DNA of 64,000 nucleotides from an uncultured Candidatus Saccharibacteria bacterium (GTDB taxonomy: Bacteria; Patescibacteriota; Minisyncoccia; Phycocordibacterales; UBA2100): assembly GCA_964398775.1 (NCBI GenBank), contig CAYNND010000002.1, forward strand, positions 8,242 through 72,241, given 5' to 3'. A program made the position numbers and the translations under genes. This document shows positions 47,580 through 55,053 of this stretch, piece by piece (position 1 is the stretch's first letter; the number at the start of each line of letters is the position of its first letter). The notes under the pieces are model-generated. The model saw only the letters and a program-made list of their open reading frames with translations. It did not search any database and was not told the origin of the DNA.

Positions 47580-48298
47580 AGGCGTGGTGTTCTTATGCGC
47601 AACATGCTTCGCTCAAGCTTTGAAATCCCCCATGTTATTTCATAACCTTCTCCTCCATGGGTACGCACATACTCTTCTGCTATACGCATCCACTCAGGAG
47701 ACAATCTCCCTGCGAAAGGATTTTGTGCGAGAAATAGTGAGCCCGGTGGCTGATGCTTACAAAAGTATGCAATAGATTGTAAAAGTTGGGTAAATACTAT
47801 GTGGCGCGATTCTGGTGTGCTACTTTTTTCAAAATCAGAAAAACCACCTCCAGGCATCATCGTGCAGACGATGGGCTCTCCACCCATGTCTTTGATTGTA
47901 GAAACAAGCATTCGTATAGAACGACGTTCAAGCACGTTCCCAAGTAGTACTTTCTGTGATGCATCAGTAACAAGTCCCATTTTCGGGCGCTCAAGCGTGA
48001 GTGATACAGAACGTGGAGCACCAAGCGAAAGACCACTTGCGACCCCACACATGTCCACATACACGGCCTTTTGCCCAGCATGCTTATACATACTCTTTAC
48101 CTCATCGAGCGTGCCCGGAAATGCTGACTCAAATGTATCAAGCCAGCCGATACGCTCATTAAAATAGACAAGCGCATCAGTCGTATAGTAGGGCCAATTT
48201 TTCTCCCCTCGTGTTTTTCTATCTATTTCATTATTCCTTGTACGCTCTGCGCCGTCATCAATGACGCTTCGTGCCTTGATTGCGTCAACTCGCCTCAT
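47576..48298 (-). CDS. hypothetical protein (operonic with SMC-like gene)
   Basis: 240 aa with no confident motif. There is a 2-nt gap to the SMC-like gene upstream and a 4-nt overlap with the amidase gene downstream. Confidence 0.4.
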   Translation of the reverse strand: MRRVDAIKARSVIDDGAERTRNNEIDRKTRGEKNWPYYTTDALVYFNERIGWLDTFESAFPGTLDEVKSMYKHAGQKAVYVDMCGVASGLSLGAPRSVSLTLERPKMGLVTDASQKVLLGNVLERRSIRMLVSTIKDMGGEPIVCTMMPGGGFSDFEKSSTPESRHIVFTQLLQSIAYFCKHQPPGSLFLAQNPFAGRLSPEWMRIAEEYVRTHGGEGYEITWGISKLERSMLRIRTPRL

Positions 48299-48300
48299 AG

Positions 48301-50517
48301 TTATTTTGCAACACGCTGCGCTTCTTCGAGTTTTACTGAGAGCAATTTTGAGACACCGTCATTCCCCATGGTGACCCCGTAGAGGACCCCCGCAGCACTC
48401 ATCGTCGCTCGGTTGTGTGTAATTACGATGAGCTGACTGTGTTCTGAGAGCATACGAATCATGTCTGCATATCGTGCACTATTTGCCTCATCAAGCGCCG
48501 CATCAGTCTCATCAAGAATAATAAATGGCGGTGGATTTACCTGCGACATAGCGAAAATAAGCGCAATTGAAGTCAGCGCTCGTTCACCACCCGAAAGAAT
48601 TGAAAGCGTGGATACTTTCTTGCGAGGTAGATGCACTCGAACATCAACACCGAGCTCGACTTCTCCATCTTCTCGTTCTTCCCCATCATCGCCGCGAACC
48701 TTCTTCACTTCTTTTGTTTCAGTGAGCGCCGCTTCACCTCCCCCAAAGAGTACTGAGAAGTACCGAGTGAATTGCGCGTTAATCTCTTTTACTCCTTCAG
48801 AAAACTTGTGTGTCATCTCAGTCTCAAGTTCGGCAATCAAGAGCATCAGCGACTGTTCTGCCTTCGTGAGGTCCTCAAGTTCACGCACAAGGAAAGCATC
48901 GCGCGCAGAAGCATCGGCATACTCCTTTGTAATATCCTCACCTACTGTCCCTATCTCTTCAATTTTTATCTTCAATCGTTCAAGAGATTGACGCTCAGCT
49001 TCTTGGCGCATTCGGTCAGCTCCCTCTGCACATAGTGCTTCACTGTACTCAGGCATTTTGAGCTGAGTATCAAGTAAGGTTGCAAGTTCTCGTACATTAT
49101 CTTCAAACGTACGCTTCTCTCGTGCCAGTATTTCAGCTTTCATATCATATTCACGTACAATTGAACGGAGTTCACTGACTTCAGCAGTGAGCACCAATAC
49201 CGTCTTTTCTCGGTCACCGCCACTTGTCTGTGAACGTTGCTCATCTGCGGCGACATGTGTCAATCGCTCAGTTAGAATACGAATCTCTGATTGCAGAGCG
49301 TCCCTCCCTGATTCAATCTCTGCTTTTCGTGCGGTCAGTGTTTTGATGAGCTCACTTGGGTCGTGGTGCACCTCATGTGGCTTCTGCGTTGATACATCAA
49401 CAAATTGCTTTGCAAGCCCACGAAGCTTATGAAATCCTTCTGCGTACTCTTTCGTCTCGTCAACAGTAGCTGCAGTGCGGTCAATATCATATTCAAACGT
49501 ATTGAACCGACTTCTCGGCACAATTACCGAGTCAGATTCGGGAATAACTCGTGTTTCGGTGAGCACACTAAGCTTACCTTCAATACTTCCAAGTTCTCGC
49601 TCACGCTCGCTTTGTGTGAGACGTAATTCACGCACCTTTCGCTCAAGGTCGATGCGCTCTTCAGAGAGCGCACGTTGCGCATCTTCTTTTGAAGAACGCA
49701 TCTCGTCTTGCTGCAAGAGCAGTCGCTCACGCTGCAGCAACTCTTCGTTTCGCTCAAGCTTTTCACGTGGCTCCCTACTTTTCTGTAGTAATTCTTTAGC
49801 AGTAAATTGAATGTAACTTCCTTCTCGAGCACAGTAGAGTGAGCCACGTTCACCGAGCTCTCGTTGCAGTCCGTCGAGTTTTTGTTGTTTTTCAATCTGC
49901 TTTTCGAGCATACGCAACCGAGGCGCTGCTTCTCGGCGAAGTAACTCTACCTGCGCACTGTTATCTTTTGTTTTTTGTAGCTTGCGAACTGACTCTTCAC
50001 GCTTGAGCTCGACAGATGTTAGTCCCAGAGCATCTTCGAGCATTTCTCTTCTATCTCGTGGAGAGGCGTTGAGTATCTTATCTGCCTGTCCTTGAGAAAT
50101 GATGTGGTGCCCCGTGCTGCCTATGTGTACTTTCGCAAGTAATTCATGGATATCTTTCAACCGAACTTTTGAGCCGTTGATACTGTACTCATTTTGACCG
50201 TCACGGTATACAGCACGCTGAATGGCAACTTCTGAGTAATCAAACGGGAACAGTTTCTCAGAATTATCAAAGACAACCTCAACCGAAGCCTTGTTTGCTC
50301 TTGGCACCGCGCTTGTACCATTCCAAATAAGATCTTCTCCTTTACTGCCGCGCATGGCTTTCATTGACTGTTCGCCAAGTACGAAGCGAAATGCCTCAGC
50401 GACGTTGGACTTACCTGAACCATTTGGTCCAACAATAGAAACAATCGGAGACGAAAAGACAATATCACCCTTCTTTGCAAATGATTTGAAGCCTTGGATG
50501 CGTATCTCTTTCAGCAT
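48301..50517 (-). CDS. smc: SMC family ATPase with severely shortened arms and no obvious hinge (mini-SMC)
   Basis: Canonical SMC head with 'GPNGSGKSNVAEAFRFVLGEQSMKAMRGSKGEDLIWNG' at the N-terminus and 'LSGGERALTSIALIFAMSQ...FIILDETDAALDEANSARYADMI...IVITHNRATMSAAGVLYGVTMGNDGVSKLLSV' at the C-terminus. Only about 740 aa, against about 1180 for a standard SMC. The ATG at 50517 (MLKEIRIQGFKSF) was chosen. Confidence 0.8.
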   Translation of the reverse strand: MLKEIRIQGFKSFAKKGDIVFSSPIVSIVGPNGSGKSNVAEAFRFVLGEQSMKAMRGSKGEDLIWNGTSAVPRANKASVEVVFDNSEKLFPFDYSEVAIQRAVYRDGQNEYSINGSKVRLKDIHELLAKVHIGSTGHHIISQGQADKILNASPRDRREMLEDALGLTSVELKREESVRKLQKTKDNSAQVELLRREAAPRLRMLEKQIEKQQKLDGLQRELGERGSLYCAREGSYIQFTAKELLQKSREPREKLERNEELLQRERLLLQQDEMRSSKEDAQRALSEERIDLERKVRELRLTQSERERELGSIEGKLSVLTETRVIPESDSVIVPRSRFNTFEYDIDRTAATVDETKEYAEGFHKLRGLAKQFVDVSTQKPHEVHHDPSELIKTLTARKAEIESGRDALQSEIRILTERLTHVAADEQRSQTSGGDREKTVLVLTAEVSELRSIVREYDMKAEILAREKRTFEDNVRELATLLDTQLKMPEYSEALCAEGADRMRQEAERQSLERLKIKIEEIGTVGEDITKEYADASARDAFLVRELEDLTKAEQSLMLLIAELETEMTHKFSEGVKEINAQFTRYFSVLFGGGEAALTETKEVKKVRGDDGEEREDGEVELGVDVRVHLPRKKVSTLSILSGGERALTSIALIFAMSQVNPPPFIILDETDAALDEANSARYADMIRMLSEHSQLIVITHNRATMSAAGVLYGVTMGNDGVSKLLSVKLEEAQRVAK

Positions 50518-50628
50518 GCGGGTATTGTACCATTTGAAAATTAAAACACCTCTCTCCGCCGTGGAAATTAAAAAACCTACGCGAGCGGAATCGCGTAGGT
50601 CTGCAAACAAAAATGCTCAGACTGACTT

Positions 50629-51006
50629 TCACTCAGAAAGCAGCGTCACCATTGCACCTTCGTTTGCCTTCAAAAAGGCGACCGTGTCATGACCGTCTGG
50701 GTTTTCCCAGAACGGAGCAAAGAAAGCAGCGACAACTGCCCTCCATTCTCCTTCGTTGGCAAACTGGCGTTCTCCGGTGGATTCAGCCAGCGCACCAAGA
50801 AAAGTCACACTCGCGAACTTGCCTTTGCCAGCCTTTATGGCCAGCGTGCTGCCGTCTTTTGCTACAATAATAACGCCAGCGTAGGGTGTGTCCGTGAGCT
50901 CCGCATTTACGTGTATGCTTCGCCTTTTGAGTGCACCGATGAGGATATGGACGTTTGTCCCGAAATGCTTCGTGGAAAATTCGTCCGGCTTGATGAATGG
51001 TAGCAT
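50629..51006 (-). CDS. hypothetical protein
   Basis: 125-aa ORF between rnc and smc on the same strand. No confident motif. Confidence 0.35.
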   Translation of the reverse strand: MLPFIKPDEFSTKHFGTNVHILIGALKRRSIHVNAELTDTPYAGVIIVAKDGSTLAIKAGKGKFASVTFLGALAESTGERQFANEGEWRAVVAAFFAPFWENPDGHDTVAFLKANEGAMVTLLSE

Positions 51007-51076
51007 CTGACCTAACCTCTGTTGCCCCGCCTCAAGGACGGAAACATCGTTCTAGCAAAGATGCGGCGGAAAGCAA

Positions 51077-51781
51077 CTACCAGCCCTTCACCTCAAGCCC
51101 AGCACGCGCTGCAGCAGTTTCAGCTTCTTGTTTTGACTTGCCTGTTCCTTCGGCAATTTTCTCAGCTCCAATGCAAACTGCCGAGATAAATTGTTTGTCA
51201 TGGTCAGGCCCTGTCTCGCCTACAACTTTATATGTCGGAGTAATGCTATGAATCTCTTGCGCCATTTCCTGAAAGCGACTTTTCGCATCTTGCCAGAGGC
51301 GTTTTGTAACTACTTCGTCAGTCTTTGCAAATAACGCTCGAGCTATAAAATCACGCGCTGTAATATATCCCTGGTCGATGTACAGTGCACCGATAAATGC
51401 TTCAAATGCATTTGCGAGGATGACATCACGTGCTCTTCCTGTGTCTCGTGCCTCACCCTTTGAGAGGAGCATAAAATCATTCATCTGGAGTTGTTTTGCA
51501 GCGTCACAGATACTGACTGTGTTGACGAGTGCAGCACGAATTGCCGTCAGCTCTCCTTCTGGCCTGTCTGGATATTTTGCAAACAAAAATTCCGTAACAA
51601 CAAGTTCAAGTACTGCATCGCCCAAGAATTCGAGTCGCTCGTTATGTTCCAGTACTGCACCCGTCTCAGGGTCGCGTTTCATTTCATTTAGAAAAGAGCG
51701 ATGAGTAAACGCAGTACGGAGCAGCACATCGTTGGTGAACGATACTTGTGCGTGAACAAGAAAACCTCGGACCTCTTTCAT
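51077..51781 (-). CDS. rnc: ribonuclease III
   Basis: RNase III signature 'ERLEFLGDAVLELVVTEFLF' and a C-terminal dsRBD 'GPDHDKQFISAVCIG'. Confidence 0.9.
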   Translation of the reverse strand: MKEVRGFLVHAQVSFTNDVLLRTAFTHRSFLNEMKRDPETGAVLEHNERLEFLGDAVLELVVTEFLFAKYPDRPEGELTAIRAALVNTVSICDAAKQLQMNDFMLLSKGEARDTGRARDVILANAFEAFIGALYIDQGYITARDFIARALFAKTDEVVTKRLWQDAKSRFQEMAQEIHSITPTYKVVGETGPDHDKQFISAVCIGAEKIAEGTGKSKQEAETAAARAGLEVKGW

Positions 51782-51801
51782 AATATGTAAATAGTACTCT
51801 A

Positions 51802-52704
51802 CTATGTTATCGACGCGAGCGCTGTCACTGCGCGAGTAATAACAGGGATAAGATCATCGTAAAACTTCAACGCTCCAATTTCAGCAAGTCGAAACCATCG
51901 TGCATCATCAAGCCCTCCACCCTGCTTCAGTTTAATATCGTGAAATGGTGCCTCAACGAGGAAATACGTGGCTTTGCGACGACGGCGTCCAGCACCTGGT
52001 TCATGTGCTATATATTCATTTTCACCAAGTGGCTCTCGTATCTCACCAACAAGCCCTATCTCTTCTTCTACTTTACGGAGTGCACCAGCTTCAACAGCTT
52101 CGCCATCATTGAGCTTTCCTTTGGAAAGTGTCCAGTACCCGAAGACGTCGTGCACGAGCGCAACAAAAAGCTCATGCTCTTTGTGCCCCTTTGCATAGAC
52201 TACAGCTCCGACAAGCTCTTCCGTTGGCAATTCTTTTTCATCTGCGGTACGCTTCCCTCCTTCTGCTTTCTGTGGTTCACCAATATCTCGATACACAGCA
52301 CCAAGTACGCCGTTTACAAAGCGACCACTTGATTCACCACCAAACTCTTTACCAAGTTCAATTGCTTCATTTATAGCAACTTTTGGTGGCACATCATTTC
52401 TATCACCAAAAAGAAGCTCGCAGAGACCAAGACGCAATACATTTCTATCTATAACAGCAATCTTTTCAATCGGCCACTCAGGTGCAGCCTTAATGATGAT
52501 CGCATCAATCTCAGTTCGCTTTGCAACAATAGTCTTTATGAGTTGCTCCATGTAGCCACGGTGTGGTGAATTTGGAGAATACTCATCAAGAGTGGTGTGC
52601 AGTATAGGAAGTGGATCACCCTCAAAACCTTGCGAGTCGTATTCAAAAAGCGCCTGTAGCACTATCGTACGCGCGAAATGTCTCGTGCGCATTGTCATGA
52701 CCAC
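51802..52704 (-). CDS. nusB: NusB transcription antitermination factor fused to a C-terminal Nudix hydrolase domain
   Basis: N-terminal NusB 'RTIVLQALFEYD...PKVAINEAIELGKEFGGESSGRFVNGVLG'. The C-terminal ~150 aa carry a Nudix box 'GKLNDGEAVEAGALRKVEEEIGL'. Confidence 0.8.
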   Translation of the reverse strand: MVMTMRTRHFARTIVLQALFEYDSQGFEGDPLPILHTTLDEYSPNSPHRGYMEQLIKTIVAKRTEIDAIIIKAAPEWPIEKIAVIDRNVLRLGLCELLFGDRNDVPPKVAINEAIELGKEFGGESSGRFVNGVLGAVYRDIGEPQKAEGGKRTADEKELPTEELVGAVVYAKGHKEHELFVALVHDVFGYWTLSKGKLNDGEAVEAGALRKVEEEIGLVGEIREPLGENEYIAHEPGAGRRRRKATYFLVEAPFHDIKLKQGGGLDDARWFRLAEIGALKFYDDLIPVITRAVTALASIT

Positions 52705-52950
52705 TTATTCAGCTTTCTTTGAAGCTGCCTTCTTCTTTGCCTTTGGAGCTGCCTTTTTTGCAGGAGCTGCTTTCGCAGTTGCTGCCTTTGCTGGCTTACC
52801 AAGTACACGACCTCGGTACATATAGACACCGTTCACGAGATATGCTCGGTGACGGAGATGTACTACACCCTCGGGCGATGTCGAAAGACGTGGACCCTTG
52901 AGGGCGTGGTGACTTCGACGATTATTTCTATGTGAGCGCGTTGCGCGCAT
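52705..52950 (-). CDS. rpmF: 50S ribosomal protein L32 with Lys/Ala-rich C-terminal tail
   Basis: 'RRSHHALKGPRLSTSPEGVVHLRHRAYLVNGVYMYRGRVL' fits the L32 pattern (RRSH...HLRH...YRGR). The tail is 'AKKAAPKAKKKAASKK'. Confidence 0.7.
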   Translation of the reverse strand: MRATRSHRNNRRSHHALKGPRLSTSPEGVVHLRHRAYLVNGVYMYRGRVLGKPAKAATAKAAPAKKAAPKAKKKAASKKAE

Positions 52951-52987
52951 TCGTACTACCATGAAGGAGGAGTATACTTATTTTTTG

Positions 52988-54271
52988 TCATTTGGCAACT
53001 ATTTCTCCCTGCAAGGTATGTATATATACGTCAGGCGCTTGGGCACCAGCACCGTATGATACAACTAGTGTATACTCATTTTTAAAAGGATTTGGTCCCA
53101 CATTACTGTCTCGTGTGAGTCGTGGCAGTACAGTCACATCTTTTGTTTGCAATGATTGCTGACTTTTAAGTACCACTCCATCACAGATAACTATATCAGT
53201 TCTCAGAAGCGCGACTGTGTTAAAATCTTTTACTCCCCGAAGCTCTTCGTTTGTTAAAGGAATCTCAAAATAAAATTGAGTTGCTGGTTTGCCCATATGT
53301 AAGACGATCGCCTTTGTATGGTTTTTTCTTGCAAGGATCGGCTGCTCTTGCGCTGGTGTTTGTACAAACATTTGATCAGGGGTGCCGTCACCAACGACAA
53401 CTTCTGATACACCCCTTAATTCAGCGGTTACCGAAAGTGATTTTGGTATATGCAACGCATGTGGCGATTTGACGTTTAAGTGTTGAAAGATGGAGGCACC
53501 ATCTTCTGCAAGACAACCCGCATCGAATGTTTCTGATATTATCAAGTCATAGTCTTCACCACGATGATTGCGAGCATCTATATTTATTACTGAAATCTGA
53601 TCTGAAAGTCCAAGCTTCCTCACAAGCTCCTTTGCAATAACTGCGGCGAATGGATTTATCTCTAGACATTCCACATGAACACGCTTATCTGTAAGTGCTG
53701 CTGCAATTGCAAGCACCGGAAATGCGCCTGAACCAGCATCACACACATAATAAGTTTTACCAGTATTTTGCGGAGGATTTTCAACGATTTTTGAAACAGA
53801 TTTTGCTACACCATACATATATGCCCTTGTTCGCGGTAGGTCAAATAATACATGCTTGAGACAACTTACAACATCAATCCCTTGTTCTTTAAAACCCTCC
53901 CCTTGCTCACCCAAAGAACCTCGTATTTCACGTAAAGACGCGATGAGCGTACTACTATCTAGTTGTGACACAAAAAAACGCGCAAGATCTTCTCCTGGTT
54001 TTCTCTGCTCATCAACTCGCGCATTAATTACAGACGAGCTTTCATTGCGATGAAATACAGGAAGCGAACTGGGCAAAGATTTAACAAGTCTAAACATCTC
54101 ACGCCGAAGGGTACCCCTATCGAGGGGTATTCCCGAAGGTTGATTCAAGCCATATACATTTAACTCACGCACAATACCAGAAAGTGCGTGCTCTTGTTCT
54201 TCTCGCCTGCGCTCTTCTCTAGACGGGAGAGGTTTATCAAATAAATTGCCTGACATGCCTCTAGTGTACAT
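52988..54271 (-). CDS. class I SAM-dependent methyltransferase with PRMT-like signature
   Basis: Motif I 'YYVCDAGSGAFPVLAIAAAL', post-I acidic 'VECLEI', and 'YDLIISETFDAGCL', which resembles the PRMT 'DIIISEWMGYCL' block. An alternative start at 54256 would remove the 11-nt overlap with rnhB. Confidence 0.55.
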   Translation of the reverse strand: MYTRGMSGNLFDKPLPSREERRREEQEHALSGIVRELNVYGLNQPSGIPLDRGTLRREMFRLVKSLPSSLPVFHRNESSSVINARVDEQRKPGEDLARFFVSQLDSSTLIASLREIRGSLGEQGEGFKEQGIDVVSCLKHVLFDLPRTRAYMYGVAKSVSKIVENPPQNTGKTYYVCDAGSGAFPVLAIAAALTDKRVHVECLEINPFAAVIAKELVRKLGLSDQISVINIDARNHRGEDYDLIISETFDAGCLAEDGASIFQHLNVKSPHALHIPKSLSVTAELRGVSEVVVGDGTPDQMFVQTPAQEQPILARKNHTKAIVLHMGKPATQFYFEIPLTNEELRGVKDFNTVALLRTDIVICDGVVLKSQQSLQTKDVTVLPRLTRDSNVGPNPFKNEYTLVVSYGAGAQAPDVYIHTLQGEIVAK

Positions 54272-54833
54272 CCTTTAAAAAATATTTCCTATGATGTTCA
54301 GACGTCCCATGTGTACGAATTGCAGCATAGTGCTTCCTTGTTCCATACCCTTTGTGCACGTCAAAACCATATTGAGGATATTTTTTTGATATACGAGTCA
54401 TATACCTATCACGGGTAACCTTTGCGTAAATTGATGCAAGCGCAATCGCAGGAAAACGCTCATCCCCTTTTATGTATGACTCTTGTCTCCACTCCTCCCC
54501 AACAACAAGTCCACGGTCGAGCTGGACGATACACTCTGCTGGCTTCACGTTGAGCTGCGCAAGTGCCCGCCGAGCTGCAAGATTTCCAGCTGCAACAATC
54601 CCGATGCGATCAATAGTCGCAGCAGAAACAGAAGCGACCGCTGCCCGCAGTTTTTTATGAGCGCGGATATATAGATACCACTCTCTGCGCAATTGTTCTG
54701 ATAATTGTTTTGAATCCTTTAATTTTGGAAATGCTTTCCATGTCATATCTTCAGGCATACATACAACACCGACCGTGATTGGTCCAGCAAGTGGACCCCT
54801 TCCAACCTCATCAATTCCCACAATGTATCGCAT
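54261..54833 (-). CDS. rnhB: ribonuclease HII
   Basis: 'IVGIDEVGRGPLAGPITVGVV' N-terminal catalytic motif; 190 aa. Confidence 0.9.
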   Translation of the reverse strand: MRYIVGIDEVGRGPLAGPITVGVVCMPEDMTWKAFPKLKDSKQLSEQLRREWYLYIRAHKKLRAAVASVSAATIDRIGIVAAGNLAARRALAQLNVKPAECIVQLDRGLVVGEEWRQESYIKGDERFPAIALASIYAKVTRDRYMTRISKKYPQYGFDVHKGYGTRKHYAAIRTHGTSEHHRKYFLKDVH

Positions 54834-54836
54834 GTG

Positions 54837-54865
54837 TTGACAGTATACCGATTGAGGAGTAGAAC
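54837..54865 (+). promoter_or_regulatory. candidate sigma-70-type promoter (TTGACA-17-TAGAAC) for a small RNA
   Basis: TTGACA at 54837-54842, a 17-nt spacer, then TAGAAC at 54860-54865. Overlaps the rnhB start codon on the opposite strand. Confidence 0.3.
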
Positions 54866-54869
54866 CAGA

Positions 54870-54962
54870 AGTGGTGCCGCGCTCCCTCCCCGGGGGGAGA
54901 GTCGCGTAGCGCGCCCCTCGGCAGGCGCATGACCCCGTTCATGCGCCTGCCGCAGCCTTTTT
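54870..54962 (+). ncRNA. candidate small structured GC-rich RNA ending in a terminator-like hairpin
   Basis: About 90 nt of >65% GC sequence in a ~45% GC genome. It includes the hairpin GGCAGGCGCATGA-ccccgt-TCATGCGCCTGCC (54920-54951) and then CTTTTTC (54958-54962). The CCCCGGGGGG element at 54889-54900 may also pair. Not attributable to any CDS. Confidence 0.3.
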
Positions 54963-55019
54963 CACCCCATAGGGTGATTTTTAATGCATGCACTGCTACG
55001 CTCCGTTTTCTCCACATTT

Positions 55020-55046
55020 TTGAATGCATTTGATTCAGGATATACT
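55020..55046 (+). promoter_or_regulatory. putative dnaE promoter (TTGAAT-15-TATACT), possibly giving a leaderless transcript
   Basis: The -10 TATACT at 55041-55046 lies 7 nt upstream of the ATG at 55054, and there is no Shine-Dalgarno sequence. Confidence 0.3.
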
Positions 55047-55053
55047 AAGCCCG

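Noticed and set aside
48301-50610. Interpretation of the SMC-like gene as a Lamassu/Wadjet-type defence ATPase
   Set aside because: Not fully rejected, but the head motifs match housekeeping SMC ('LGEQSMKAMRGSKGEDLIWNG', 'YGVTM..GVSKL.SV') much better than Rad50/SbcC-like LmuB/JetC. It is therefore reported as mini-SMC with the defence alternative flagged only as a possibility.
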